A stretch of 64,000 nucleotides of DNA, taken from NCBI GenBank assembly GCA_038142605.1, contig JAYQKI010000007.1:10810-74809 (forward strand). The letters run 5' to 3'. The translations under genes and the position numbers were made by a program. Below, one piece after another: positions 28,014 to 38,484 of this stretch (positions are counted from its first letter, which is position 1; the number at the start of each line of letters is the position of its first letter). The DNA comes from Candidatus Salinivivens marinus (GTDB lineage: Bacteria; Pseudomonadota; Alphaproteobacteria; Rhodobacterales; Rhodobacteraceae). Below the pieces are notes generated by a model. The model did no database searches and was not told the origin of the DNA. It worked only from the letters and a program-made list of their open reading frames with translations.

Positions 28014-28456
28014 TCAGGATAAAGAGCCAATGCCTGCTTTTCGAATGCAGTTAAAACACGATGCATTGCTTCATTAAAAACAACACCTACTATTTTTTGC
28101 AATACAGCATTCTTCATTTCAAAATCTACGTAAAAAGAAACCTCACTACCGTTATTGACACTTTTAAACCTCCATTTGGAGTACATTCGTTTGAAAGGTC
28201 CGTCTATATATTCGGTAATTATCTGGTTCTCAGATCGCATCAAGGTAACCTTACTCCCAAACTTTTCACGGAATACTTTAAAACTAATAACCAGATCGGC
28301 TTCTAGAACTTCATTATTTTCAATAAAACTTCTAGAGTGTATTCTCGCCGCCGAACACCAAGGGAGAAATTGGGGGTAACTATTTACATCCGCCACCAAT
28401 TCAAACATCTGTTCCGGCTGATATTTTAAAATTTTTGTTTCAGAGTGAGTAGGCAT
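28010..28456 (-). CDS. SRPBCC (START-like) protein, RatA / COQ10-like ubiquinone-binding family
   Basis: About 148 aa from the ATG at 28456, with the polyketide-cyclase/dehydrase fold pattern ([14 protein letters not shown]). Confidence 0.7.
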   Translation of the reverse strand: MPTHSETKILKYQPEQMFELVADVNSYPQFLPWCSAARIHSRSFIENNEVLEADLVISFKVFREKFGSKVTLMRSENQIITEYIDGPFKRMYSKWRFKSVNNGSEVSFYVDFEMKNAVLQKIVGVVFNEAMHRVLTAFEKQALALYPD

Positions 28457-28524
28457 TATTATTTTTTTGTAGTGACAGTTTGTCAGAGATACGTAATGTT
28501 GTTGAAAAAATAAAGGGTGATTTA

Positions 28525-29064
28525 ATGTCAGAGCGACCATATGTCATTGATGAAATGATTTCTGCAAAAGCAATTGCGGCCAGGGTAGAGGAGCTCTGCA
28601 AAAATATTCAGAATGAATTCGTGGGTACAGATAAACTCATTGTAGTGGGTTTGCTGCGAGGTTCATTCGTATTTATTGCAGACTTGGTGCGTGAATTAGA
28701 TCTGCCGGTAGAAGTTGATTTCTTAGAAGCATCATCTTACGGCGATGGTATGGAAAGCTCAAGAGAAGTGCGCATATTAAAAGACCTAAGGGGAGCAATT
28801 GAAGGAAGAGACGTATTGGTCGTAGAAGATATAGTCGATACTGGCTATACTTTGAGCCATGTAATAGCATTACTAAAATCGAGAGGGCCCGCTCGGTTAA
28901 AATCAATTGCTTTACTTGATAAGCCAAGCAGACGAGAGATTGATGTTAAAGCAGATTGGACGGGTTTTGAGATACCAGATGAGTTTGTTGTTGGTTATGG
29001 AATTGACTATGCTCAACGCAACAGAAATTTGGACCACATAGGAAAAGTTCGATTTACTGGCTAG
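28525..29064 (+). CDS. hpt: Hypoxanthine phosphoribosyltransferase
   Basis: PRPP-binding motif [14 protein letters not shown] and the [14 protein letters not shown]-terminal block. I chose the ATG at 28525. Confidence 0.9.
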   Translation: MSERPYVIDEMISAKAIAARVEELCKNIQNEFVGTDKLIVVGLLRGSFVFIADLVRELDLPVEVDFLEASSYGDGMESSREVRILKDLRGAIEGRDVLVVEDIVDTGYTLSHVIALLKSRGPARLKSIALLDKPSRREIDVKADWTGFEIPDEFVVGYGIDYAQRNRNLDHIGKVRFTG

Positions 29065-29082
29065 AATACACCTAGTCTAGTT

Positions 29083-29868
29083 TTATTTCCCTCTCCATAC
29101 TGGATCACGTTTCTCAGAAAAGGCACGTGCTCCCTCTAATTGATCTTCTGAACGATACAAGGTTTCAACCGTTCGAAACTGACTTTTTGTAATCATATTT
29201 AAGGCATCATTAAACTTCATATTTTCTGCTTCTCGAACAACTTCCTTTATTGCAGCATATACCAAAGGAGGACCTGAAGCTAAAAGTTCCGCTAGCTCTC
29301 TAGCTTTTGAAAGTAAATCATTTGACTTGTGAACCTGGTTTATCAAACCCCATCTCGCCGCTTCCTCGGAATCAAGCCATCTCCCGGTAAATAACATTTC
29401 CATTGCTATGTGATATGGGATGCGTTTTGGTAGCTTTAATGATGCAGCATCTGCAACAGTACCAGAACGTATTTCCGGCAAGGCAAATGAGGCATGTTCT
29501 GCCGCCAATATAATATCTGCAGAAAGAGCTAATTCAAGACCGCCGCCGCAACAGATACCATTAACGGCCGCAATAACTGGTTTATTCATGTGGGGTAACT
29601 CTTGCAAACCACCAAAACCACCAACGCCGTAATCGCCGTCTACCGCGTCGCCATCTGCCGCAGCTTTTAAGTCCCAGCCCGCACAAAAAAATTTTTCTCC
29701 AGACCCGGTAATAATTGCAACTCTCAAATTAGGGTTATCTCTAAAATCACAAAATACATCACCCATAATCTTGCTTGTCTTTAAATCTATGGCATTTGCT
29801 TTTGGCCGATCCAAAGTAACTTCAAGAACGTGTCCGACGATATTTGTCTTTACAGATTCAGTAGACAT
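29083..29868 (-). CDS. caiD: Crotonase-family hydratase closely resembling E. coli CaiD (crotonobetainyl-CoA/carnitinyl-CoA hydratase)
   Basis: 261 aa. It is colinear with E. coli CaiD from memory (LE(I/V)TLDRPKANAID, LRVAIITG.GEKFF.AGWDLKAAA, KPVIAAVNG, SFALPE, EKRDPVW.G). Confidence 0.75.
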   Translation of the reverse strand: MSTESVKTNIVGHVLEVTLDRPKANAIDLKTSKIMGDVFCDFRDNPNLRVAIITGSGEKFFCAGWDLKAAADGDAVDGDYGVGGFGGLQELPHMNKPVIAAVNGICCGGGLELALSADIILAAEHASFALPEIRSGTVADAASLKLPKRIPYHIAMEMLFTGRWLDSEEAARWGLINQVHKSNDLLSKARELAELLASGPPLVYAAIKEVVREAENMKFNDALNMITKSQFRTVETLYRSEDQLEGARAFSEKRDPVWRGK

Positions 29869-29881
29869 ACATTAACCCTAA

Positions 29882-31927
29882 CTACATTTTTATTAAAGCA
29901 TCAACAGCAATGGCTCTAGAAGCTGTGATTAAGAATGGATTTATTTCTAACTCAGATAAGTCATGACTATTCTTGATTACAAATTCCTGAAGCTTAAAAA
30001 TATTCTTTATAAATGGATCCATATTTATTGCGTCCGAGCCTCTATAGCCATCAATTACTTTTGATATTCTCAAATTTTTAATCGCGGCATTTAATTCATT
30101 TCTATTAAATGGCATGACTAAACTTTGGCTATCAGATAAAATTTCAGTAAAAACCCCTCCAGACGCGATCGTTAGCACAAAACCATGGGCGGGATCATTG
30201 ATAATACCAACTAATAACTCAAGTAGTACATCACTTATCATCTCTTCAATCAAATATTCAGAAAAAGCCATTTCAACAAAAGCTATTTTTAATTCTTCAG
30301 CGTTAGTTAGACCTAATCGAACTCCCCTATTTTCAGTTTTGTGAGATAATCCAAGCGCTTTGATAACTACAGGAAACTCAAAGGGCAGACTGTCCAATAG
30401 TTCGTTATTTTTAACCACAACATTTCGCGGCGTATCGACTCCAATTTCAGATAACAATGATTTTGAATACGCTTCGTCTAGCAGGCGGGAATTTTTATTA
30501 TTATTAGGTAAAATTACCGGATTTTTAAATATATCCAAATCAGTTTTTTGAGTAGACGCTGCAACTATTGCTGCTAAACCTTCGTCTATTCCGCAAAGGG
30601 GAATTAGATCTTTTTGCATTAATTCTTTTGCTAAACTTTCTTCAATATTTTCAGCAAGCGTGGACAGCAAAGCAACCGGTTTTTTGATTGCTTTTTTTGT
30701 AACCATTGCGGCTTCCACAACGCAGTCCCAAGCAGCAGGGTCACACAAATCTGGTCTGGGAAAGTCCACAATAATTATTCCAATATCTATATTTTTACCT
30801 TGCATTATTGATATAAATGTTTGTGCCATTTTATCTGCATTTCCCCAAATGTAGGTATGATAATCCAATGGATTTGCTAGCGCCACTTTGGCTCCTAATG
30901 CAATCTTAAGGTCCTCTATTTGTGTTTTTGTTAACTTTGGAAACGAAATCTGCTTACCATTGGAAATATCTGCAATTAAACTTGCCTCTCCACCAGAACA
31001 GGATACAGACGCCACAGATGGACCTGATAATCTACCATGACAGTGAAAAATTTTTAGAGTTTCGATAAATTCGGATAGGGAATCCACCCTTGCAACTCCA
31101 AGCCTTTTCATTAGGGCTGCAGCCCCCTTGTCACTGCCCGCGAGTGAGGCCGTGTGAGATACCGCGGATACTTTTGCGTGTTCTGACTTACCAATTTTTA
31201 TGATAACGATGGCTTTACCCAGACGATCACATAAACTCACTAACTTTTCAAAATTTCTTATCGACCCTAAGCCCTCCACATACAATCCCAAAGCGGTAAC
31301 TCTTTCATCTTTTACGATATTCATAGCCAATTCAGCCAGTCCAAGCTGCGCTTGATTTCCAGCAGTTACTGCGTAACCTATGGGCAAACCTCTTTTTTGC
31401 ATCGTTAGATTGATCATTATATTTGAGCTCTGTGTAATAACGGCAACGCCACTATCTACCTTTTGGCCCCCGTGCTGGTCCGGCCACAAACAAAAATTGT
31501 CAAAATAATTTATTATACCGTAACAATTAGGTCCCAGAATGGGCATCTTTCCAGCCATATTAATCAATGTTTCTTGTAATTCGTGACCATCTTTTAGCTC
31601 ACTTACAGCTTCTGAAAACCCAGACGCAAAACAAACTGCGCCGCCACAGTTGGCCTTCGAAAGTTGCGAAATGATATCGATTGTGGCAACCCTGTTAACC
31701 CCAACAAAAGCAGCATCAATCGGAACAGGCAACTCATCAATATTTCTGTATGTTTTACAACCACAAAACATGTTTTCAGATGGATGCACTGCAAATATCT
31801 CTCCATTAAACCCAATTTTTTTTAATTGGAAAACAATAGATTTCCCCCAAACCCCTCCCCCAATAACTAACACATTTTTAGGTTTAAGAAGCCTATCTAA
31901 ACTATTGATTTTAAATTCTTTTGCCAC
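29882..31927 (-). CDS. ADP-forming acyl-CoA synthetase (CoA-binding + succinyl-CoA-synthetase-like + ATP-grasp domains). The substrate is possibly gamma-butyrobetaine or crotonobetaine.
   Basis: 681 aa with an N-terminal CoA-binding Rossmann domain (VLVIGGG...) and a C-terminal ATP-grasp region. The substrate is inferred only from neighbours. Confidence 0.7.
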   Translation of the reverse strand: MAKEFKINSLDRLLKPKNVLVIGGGVWGKSIVFQLKKIGFNGEIFAVHPSENMFCGCKTYRNIDELPVPIDAAFVGVNRVATIDIISQLSKANCGGAVCFASGFSEAVSELKDGHELQETLINMAGKMPILGPNCYGIINYFDNFCLWPDQHGGQKVDSGVAVITQSSNIMINLTMQKRGLPIGYAVTAGNQAQLGLAELAMNIVKDERVTALGLYVEGLGSIRNFEKLVSLCDRLGKAIVIIKIGKSEHAKVSAVSHTASLAGSDKGAAALMKRLGVARVDSLSEFIETLKIFHCHGRLSGPSVASVSCSGGEASLIADISNGKQISFPKLTKTQIEDLKIALGAKVALANPLDYHTYIWGNADKMAQTFISIMQGKNIDIGIIIVDFPRPDLCDPAAWDCVVEAAMVTKKAIKKPVALLSTLAENIEESLAKELMQKDLIPLCGIDEGLAAIVAASTQKTDLDIFKNPVILPNNNKNSRLLDEAYSKSLLSEIGVDTPRNVVVKNNELLDSLPFEFPVVIKALGLSHKTENRGVRLGLTNAEELKIAFVEMAFSEYLIEEMISDVLLELLVGIINDPAHGFVLTIASGGVFTEILSDSQSLVMPFNRNELNAAIKNLRISKVIDGYRGSDAINMDPFIKNIFKLQEFVIKNSHDLSELEINPFLITASRAIAVDALIKM

Positions 31928-31943
31928 TTAAAATTTCACAGTA

Positions 31944-33106
31944 CTATGAGCCAAGAGGCCTTAACAGCTCTCTGCTGATTATGTGTTTTTGGATTTCTGA
32001 AGTGCCATCCCAAATACGTTCTACTCTCGCATCACGCCAGAATCTTTCAATAGGATAGTCGTTCATTAGTCCCATACCACCATGAATTTGCAAGGTCGCA
32101 TCAGTTACACGTGCAAGCATCTCGGATGCATAAAGTTTAGCAGAAGCAATTTCTCTATTAGCGTTCATACCTTGGTCTAATTTCCATGCAGAACTTAATG
32201 TAAGTAGATCTGCAGCATCGATTTCAGTGATCATATCTGCTAACTGAAAACTAACACCTTGAAATTTTCCAATACTTTTTCCAAATTGCTTCCGCTCTGC
32301 ACTATAATTCAATGCATATTCAAAGCATCGCCTTGCTCGGCCGACTGACATGGTGGCAACCGTAATACGAGTGGCATATAACCAGGTGTTCATGACTTCA
32401 AAACCACCGTCTACTTCGCCAAGAACTTGCTCGTTCGATAATCGGCAATTATCGAATTCAAGGATCATATTATTATACCCTCGATGACTGACTGACTTAT
32501 AGCCATCTCGGATTGTAAAACCAGGCGTTCCCTCTATCAACTAAAAATGCAGTAATCCGCTTCTTAGGCCCTTTGGGGGTTTGATCCTCACCAGTAGCAA
32601 CAAATACAATCACAAAATCTGCATGATCAGCTCCCGAAATAAAATGTTTAACACCATTTAATAGCCAATCGCCCCCATCACGATAAGCCGAGCATTTCAT
32701 ACCTCTTACATCGGATCCAGCATCTGGTTCCGTCATAGCCAGCGCATCCATTTTTTCGCCCTTTTACAGCTGGATATAAATATCTCTCTCTTTGATCACC
32801 GGTGCACGCCATCAAAATATTTTGAGGACGTCCAAAAAAGTGATTTAGCGCCATCGAAGCACGGCCTAACTCTCGTTCGACCAATGCAAACTCTAAATGG
32901 TTTAGGCCGGCACCACCGACTTCGCTTGGAAAATTACACGCGTAAAATCCAAGATCGATAGTCTTCTTTTTTATTTCATCAGAAACTTCTTTACGAACTA
33001 CCCCGGTAGCCTCCACCTCACTCTCAAATGGATAAATTTCTTTTTCGACAAAGTTTCTGACAGTATCTACTATCATCTTCTGTTCGTCAGACAATCCAAA
33101 ATCCAT
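31944..33106 (-). pseudogene. Acyl-CoA dehydrogenase split into three ORFs by two +1 frameshifts (CaiA-like position in the cluster)
   Basis: The fragments 32678-33106, 32497-32751 and 31944-32540 join into one colinear ACAD (..PAVKG-E-KMDALAMTEPDAGSD.. and ..AFLVDRG-TPGFTIRDGYK..). This works if one C is removed from CCC at 32759-32761 and one from CCC at 32530-32532. Confidence 0.8.
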
Positions 33107-33113
33107 AACTCAC

Positions 33114-34511
33114 CTATTTGAATATTTCTTGTAATTTTGAAGCAACTTCACCCACTGGCTCACTTGATTTTCGTGTATTTAGATCGACATGAAGTAGAAA
33201 TTGTTCGCAAGTCGCTAGCTCGATCTTATCTGTTTTGCGTCTCATTGTGTGAAAAAGCTTAAGCTTTTTTCCATCGACAAGCAGAACAGATGTATCCACA
33301 TAAATATATTCACCGGCTAATGTTTCATTTAAATATTTTATATGATTTTCAACTGTAAAATAACTATTCCCAGAATCAATATACTCAGAGTCAACACCTA
33401 CTGAAGATAAAAAACCATCAGCCGCATCTGAAAATACTTGACCATATCGACCTTCGTTCATGTGACCATTATAATCCGTCCAATCAACGGGAATAACCCT
33501 GTCCACGCTAACAATCATTTTATTTTTTAAAGTTTTCTTCTCAGATATCATTTGTTCGTGATTAGAAATCAAATTGCCAGCGGCAAAGTTTTGCTGTTTC
33601 AGACTACGTAAAATTGCTACTAAGTTTTTGTCCCTAGTGCGCTCAAGTTCACGGATTGATTTATCGCCGGACTGGCTATCAGATTGGGATGCTATTTTTT
33701 TTACAAGCTCATCCGTCAGTTCGGGTACATCCATCAACTTTGTCCACGGCCATTGTAAGCATGGACCAAATTGAGATAAAAAATGTTGCATGCCTGCTTT
33801 GCCGCCCGCAATGCGATATGTCTCAAATAAGCCCATTTGAGCCCAACGAAGACCAAAGCCATATCGAATTGCGTTGTCAATTTCTGAAGTAGTAGCAACA
33901 TCATCTTTTATTAACCACAGAGCTTCTCGCCAAACTGCCTCAAGAAATCTATCAGCTAAATGAGCATCAATCTCTTTTCGAACATGCAATGGAAAGAAGC
34001 CTAACTTTGTTAAAACATCCATCGCTTTTTTTATATCCCGCGCTGACGTTTTATCGCTTCCGACAACTTCGATAAGGGGCAGCAAATAAACTGGATTAAA
34101 TGGGTGGCAAACTATAATCTTTTCTGGTGCTTTGGAATTTTCTTGTAATTCCGAAGGCTTAAACCCAGACGTTGAAGATGCAATGATTGCTGAGGTCTTA
34201 CAAGATGTTTGAATTTCGTCATATACATCATGTTTGACATTTAATCTTTCCGGAACACTTTCTTGAATCCAATCCGCATCGACAACAGCGTCAGCAACGC
34301 TCTTACAGAACTTAATTTTTCCCTCATTAGGTAACTTAGACTCGTAAAGCATAGGAAGGGAAAATCTCGCATTATCAATAACTTCTAATAGAGTTTGCTC
34401 TGCGTTTGGATCTGGATCATAAACGTAAACATCCAAACCGTTTAACAAAACCCTGGCAGCCCAGCCACCACCGATTACTCCACCACCTATAATTGCGACT
34501 TTCTTTATCAT
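33114..34511 (-). CDS. L-carnitine dehydrogenase (3-hydroxyacyl-CoA-dehydrogenase fold) fused to a C-terminal hotdog thioesterase domain
   Basis: 465 aa with N-terminal VAIIGGGVIGGGWA NAD binding, a HACD-like core and a roughly 140-aa C-terminal hotdog-like extension. A BKACE gene is its neighbour. Confidence 0.7.
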   Translation of the reverse strand: MIKKVAIIGGGVIGGGWAARVLLNGLDVYVYDPDPNAEQTLLEVIDNARFSLPMLYESKLPNEGKIKFCKSVADAVVDADWIQESVPERLNVKHDVYDEIQTSCKTSAIIASSTSGFKPSELQENSKAPEKIIVCHPFNPVYLLPLIEVVGSDKTSARDIKKAMDVLTKLGFFPLHVRKEIDAHLADRFLEAVWREALWLIKDDVATTSEIDNAIRYGFGLRWAQMGLFETYRIAGGKAGMQHFLSQFGPCLQWPWTKLMDVPELTDELVKKIASQSDSQSGDKSIRELERTRDKNLVAILRSLKQQNFAAGNLISNHEQMISEKKTLKNKMIVSVDRVIPVDWTDYNGHMNEGRYGQVFSDAADGFLSSVGVDSEYIDSGNSYFTVENHIKYLNETLAGEYIYVDTSVLLVDGKKLKLFHTMRRKTDKIELATCEQFLLHVDLNTRKSSEPVGEVASKLQEIFK

Positions 34512-34542
34512 ATTTCTAACGCTTCATGCCCTTACACCAAAT

Positions 34543-35304
34543 TTATGCGGTCCGCTCTGTGTATCCATCAACAGCCATAGCTTGTCCTGTTATCATGGAG
34601 GCTTGATCACTAGCCAAAAATAAAGCCATATCAGCAACATTTTCTTCGCTAACGAAACTTCTCATAGAAGTACCCTTAGAATAAACCGTTCTGAGATCAT
34701 CTTCCGAAATTCCTGAAGCCTTACTTTCCATCGACAAAACGCGTTTCATTCTATCTCCACTCACAGCGCCTGGGCAAATGGCATTCACACGCACGCCATA
34801 ATCACCTAATTCCATAGCCATTGATTTTGTTAGGCCAACAATACCCCACTTTGCTGCAACATAAGGAGATCTATTTGGAACACCAAATAATCCGGAAGTA
34901 GATGAGGTAAAAATAATGCATCCATTTTTTTGTACCTTCATTATTCCAGATGCCCACGAAGCACTATAGAATGCACCAAACAGGTTGACTTCTACACATC
35001 TCTTCCATTCATTGTGATCAATTTCGTCAATGGGACCTGCCGGGCCTCCCACTCCTGCATTTGCGTACATCACGTCGACCCCGCCAAACTCATCAATAAT
35101 ATTATTATGGAAATTTTTCATTTGATTGCTGTCAGAAACATCAGCGCAAAACGAAATGGCTATTTCGTAATTTTCAGACGCCCTCTTCACCAGCGCAATA
35201 TCTTCATCACAAATTGCCACCCTTGCGCCCTCTGCAAGATGACGCTTAGCAATGGCTAGCCCAATACCACTTCCACCACCAGTAATAACAATACGACGAG
35301 ACAT
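34543..35304 (-). CDS. Short-chain dehydrogenase/reductase (SDR), substrate unknown
   Basis: 253 aa with the TGGGSGIG cofactor motif and catalytic S...YVAAK. Confidence 0.85.
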   Translation of the reverse strand: MSRRIVITGGGSGIGLAIAKRHLAEGARVAICDEDIALVKRASENYEIAISFCADVSDSNQMKNFHNNIIDEFGGVDVMYANAGVGGPAGPIDEIDHNEWKRCVEVNLFGAFYSASWASGIMKVQKNGCIIFTSSTSGLFGVPNRSPYVAAKWGIVGLTKSMAMELGDYGVRVNAICPGAVSGDRMKRVLSMESKASGISEDDLRTVYSKGTSMRSFVSEENVADMALFLASDQASMITGQAMAVDGYTERTA

Positions 35305-36218
35305 TTTATGAACTCGGTGTACCGTTTTTTTAAGTTTAATTTATTTCTAACTTCTCCAGCATCCATAAGCTCCGCCCCCATCCCCTCAATTATAACTTTC
35401 GCTCTCTCAACCAATTGCTCATTGGTTGCCAGAACTCCTTTTCTTAACCAAAGGTTATCTTCAAGTCCAACACGTACATTTCCTCCCGCCAAAACTGCTG
35501 CTGCCACGTAAGCCATTTGATTTCGTCCCAAGGAAAAGGCTGAAAAAGTCCAATCTTTTGGCACATTATTAACCATTGCCATAAAAGTATTTAAATCGTC
35601 AGGGGCCCCCCAAGGCACTCCCATGCAAAGTTGAACCAAAGCATCTGGAGCTATAACTTTTTCTGATACAAGCTGTTGTGCAAACCATAGATGCCCCGTA
35701 TCAAACGCTTCTATTTCTGGCTTAACGCCTAATTCAGTCATCATGCCCCCCATAAAACGCAACATTCCAGGCGTATTGGTCATCACGTAATCAGCTTCGG
35801 CAAAATTCATCGTCCCACAATCCAGGGTACAAATTTCAGGTAAACATTCCACTATATGAGCAACTCGTTCTTCAGCGCTTATCATATCAGTCCCTTTTGC
35901 CAAAGGTAACGGAGATTTTGTTCCTCCCAAAACTAAATCACCCCCCATTCCAGCAGTTAGGTTTAACACGACATCAACTTCCGAAGAGCGTATTCTGTCA
36001 GTCACTTCACGATAATAGGACAAATCACGACTTGGCTCGCCAGTATCAGGATCTCTAACATGGCAATGAACTATTGCAGCCCCCGCTTTTGCAGCGAGAA
36101 TAGCACTGTTAGCAATGTCTTTGGGGCTTCGGGGCACAAATTTACTTCTATCCTGCGTACTGCCCGATCCCGTTACCGCGCATGTGATAAATACCTTTTT
36201 GCTAAAATTTAGGGGCAT
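35256..36218 (-). CDS. BKACE (beta-keto acid cleavage enzyme, DUF849) family protein, probable 3-dehydrocarnitine cleavage enzyme
   Basis: 320 aa. VFITCAVTGSGSTQD...SPKDIANSAILAAKAGAAIVHCHVRDP is typical of DUF849/Kce-like TIM barrels. The 3' end overlaps the SDR gene by 49 nt. Confidence 0.75.
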   Translation of the reverse strand: MPLNFSKKVFITCAVTGSGSTQDRSKFVPRSPKDIANSAILAAKAGAAIVHCHVRDPDTGEPSRDLSYYREVTDRIRSSEVDVVLNLTAGMGGDLVLGGTKSPLPLAKGTDMISAEERVAHIVECLPEICTLDCGTMNFAEADYVMTNTPGMLRFMGGMMTELGVKPEIEAFDTGHLWFAQQLVSEKVIAPDALVQLCMGVPWGAPDDLNTFMAMVNNVPKDWTFSAFSLGRNQMAYVAAAVLAGGNVRVGLEDNLWLRKGVLATNEQLVERAKVIIEGMGAELMDAGEVRNKLNLKKRYTEFIKCLVVLLLLVVEVVLG

Positions 36219-36405
36219 TTTAAACTTTCTAAAATTATATGATCTATATTATTAATGTAACTAAAAACCGATTAATTATTAAGAAGAATTTACGGTATTA
36301 TATAACAAATTACCGACATAGTCTTATAATTTGACACAAGTAAGTTGCTGAACTTTTTTAGCTCAAAACATATCTGTTGTTATGTATGCCTGCAATTATT
36401 GCTGA

Positions 36406-37125
36406 CTACTCTTCATCAACAGCTCTATATCCCAATGCTACAACAAATTTTTCAGAACTATCTGAGCGACTGCTTGGGGGTTTAAAGTTGAAAACTTTTC
36501 TAAAACGGTTTTTAAGAATTTTCTGCAACTCGCCCTCTGCTCCACCAGCCAGAACTTTAGCTACGAAAGTACCTTCTAACTCTAGAACATCAAACGCAAA
36601 AAATGCAGCCGCTTCACAAAGTGCCATAATTCTCAGATGATCCGTTTTTTTATGCCCCGAAGAGGGCGCCGCCATATCCGATAAAACAACTGAAGCTTTA
36701 CCACCTAATAAACTTTTAATTTTTGTATCAGCATCATGCGATAAGAAGTCTAATTGATACAGCTCTACACCTGCGATGGGCTCTACTTCCTGCAAGTCTA
36801 CTCCGATAACTTGCCCAGTAGTTTTTCCTTTAAAATTTCCTTGTGCATTTACTCTTTCGGATACAACCTGACACCAACCGCCTGGAGCACATCCCAGATC
36901 AACCACCCGAGATCCGGGTTTGAGGAACTTAAATTTATCATCAAGCTCCATAATTTTATAAGCCGCTCTACCTCTATAACCCTCCGCTTTTGCTCTTTTC
37001 ACATAAGGATCATTAAGTTGTCTTTGCAACCATTTAACTTGAGAAACAGTTCGTCCCCGAGCACTTTTTACACTTGCTTTTAATTCTCTCTGCCCTCTGC
37101 CAGAGTTTTTTTGTTTACCAGCCAA
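36406..37125 (-). CDS. rlmE: 23S rRNA (uridine2552-2'-O)-methyltransferase RlmE/FtsJ
   Basis: [19 protein letters not shown] and DLG.APGGW motifs are present. I prefer the TTG at 37125 ([16 protein letters not shown]) to the track's GTG at 37203, which overlaps ppx by 37 nt. Confidence 0.85.
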   Translation of the reverse strand: MAGKQKNSGRGQRELKASVKSARGRTVSQVKWLQRQLNDPYVKRAKAEGYRGRAAYKIMELDDKFKFLKPGSRVVDLGCAPGGWCQVVSERVNAQGNFKGKTTGQVIGVDLQEVEPIAGVELYQLDFLSHDADTKIKSLLGGKASVVLSDMAAPSSGHKKTDHLRIMALCEAAAFFAFDVLELEGTFVAKVLAGGAEGELQKILKNRFRKVFNFKPPSSRSDSSEKFVVALGYRAVDEE

Positions 37126-37166
37126 AATTTCAGATCCTGCAATCGTTATTGTCTCTATCAGACCTG

Positions 37167-38294
37167 CTATAAAGCAGTACCTTCTATCAAACCGTCTGCG
37201 CACATTTGAGCGTATAAAAGTCCTTCTCGTAATCCACGATCTGCGACCGATAGTCGGTCTGTTGGCCAGCAGCGTAAAAGCGCCTGAAGTATAGCTGATC
37301 CCGACATAATTAAAGCGTGTCGATCATTTCCTATTCTTGGATCATGTCTACGACCATCTGGACCAAGCTCTAAATATGAATTTATAACTTTATCAATTTG
37401 CTCTGAACTCATCCTAAGTCCGTCCACCTTTGTACGGTCATATCGTTTAAGCCCAAGATGACTGGATGCAACTGTCGTGACTGTACCGGAAGTTCCAATA
37501 ATCTGAAATGCTTGTCGCTCCTCCGCATTTTTTAGCGGAGCAAAATCATAAGGAGCAAAATCAGCTAATTTTTCTTCAAAATAACAGCTCATTAGTGCGT
37601 AGCGAGCAGAGTCGTCTTGAACATCTCTGAATTGATCACGTAAAGTTGCCACTCCAAGCGGCACTGAAATCCAATCAATCACCTTGGCCGCTGGAAATGG
37701 ACCATCAAAATGATGAAAGCCAGCGTGAAGTCTCATTATTGATCTTGGCCTATCCCAGCTTGGCACCGAGCTCAGATCAATCCAAACTAACTCGGTTGAC
37801 CCGCCTCCAATATCAACCACCAATAGCTGCTCCGTTTTTGCGCTAACAAGAGGCGCACACGAAATTACAGCCAAACGCGCCTCTTCTTCCGGCTTTATAA
37901 TTTCTAATCTGAGACCAGTTTCTCTCTTGACGGCAGCGATAAAATCACTTGCATTCAATGCTCTTCTACATGCCTCAGTTGCTACTAATCGCATCCTTCG
38001 GACTTTGTGTTTTTTCAATTTTTGTTTGCACACTCGAAGAGCTTGGATTGTACGATACATGGAAGTTCGGCTCAAACGTCCACTACGCTCAAGACCAGCC
38101 CCGAGCTGAACAGTCCTAGAAAAACTATCCACGACATGAAATTGACTACCCTTGGACTGGGCAATCAACATTCTACAACTATTAGTCCCCAAGTCCAAAG
38201 CGGCATATAAGTCGGTCGGACTTGGCGACATTGGTGAGGCGTCCTCAACCACCTTCGGGAAAACATCCACACCTTTTGGACGCTTGGGCGCCAT
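37167..38294 (-). CDS. Ppx/GppA family exopolyphosphatase / guanosine pentaphosphate phosphohydrolase
   Basis: 375 aa with ASKHA-fold motifs ([25 protein letters not shown]). Confidence 0.85.
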   Translation of the reverse strand: MAPKRPKGVDVFPKVVEDASPMSPSPTDLYAALDLGTNSCRMLIAQSKGSQFHVVDSFSRTVQLGAGLERSGRLSRTSMYRTIQALRVCKQKLKKHKVRRMRLVATEACRRALNASDFIAAVKRETGLRLEIIKPEEEARLAVISCAPLVSAKTEQLLVVDIGGGSTELVWIDLSSVPSWDRPRSIMRLHAGFHHFDGPFPAAKVIDWISVPLGVATLRDQFRDVQDDSARYALMSCYFEEKLADFAPYDFAPLKNAEERQAFQIIGTSGTVTTVASSHLGLKRYDRTKVDGLRMSSEQIDKVINSYLELGPDGRRHDPRIGNDRHALIMSGSAILQALLRCWPTDRLSVADRGLREGLLYAQMCADGLIEGTAL

Positions 38295-38484
38295 AGCATT
38301 ACGCCCCCTATTAAATAACTTAAGTAGACGATAGAGGTGACGGCTGCATTTCGCAAGGCAATTTAATAAGGATTTATAATTTTACAAAAATTTTTAGTCG
38401 CTCTTAGACAAAAGCTAGTCGAAAACCGACGTGGCATAAAACTGCAGCTGCCCTACATGTGAGTCTCGATGAGAAGGAATAGGA

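Noticed and set aside
28010-28456. RatA-type 'toxin' annotation suggesting a toxin-antitoxin module
   Set aside because: There is no adjacent small antitoxin gene. The protein is the widespread SRPBCC/COQ10-like housekeeping family.
36219-36405. AT-rich gap between the BKACE gene and rlmE, as a possible island boundary, att site or tRNA
   Set aside because: I could see no tRNA-like cloverleaf, direct repeats or integrase remnants.
38432-38446. Sigma-54-like element TGGCAT-AAAAC-TGCA upstream of the metF-like cluster
   Set aside because: The GG-to-GC spacing is one base short of the strict GG-N10-GC geometry. In addition, both AAA+ regulators in the window lack GAFTGA.
38295-38484. Possible SAM-II/SAM-V-type riboswitch upstream of the metF-like cluster (contains AAAGCT and a GTCG-AAAAC-CGAC hairpin)
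   Set aside because: I could not build the H-type pseudoknot or place the conserved elements near the Shine-Dalgarno. The motif lies about 90 nt from the start codon. It needs a covariance-model scan before any claim.
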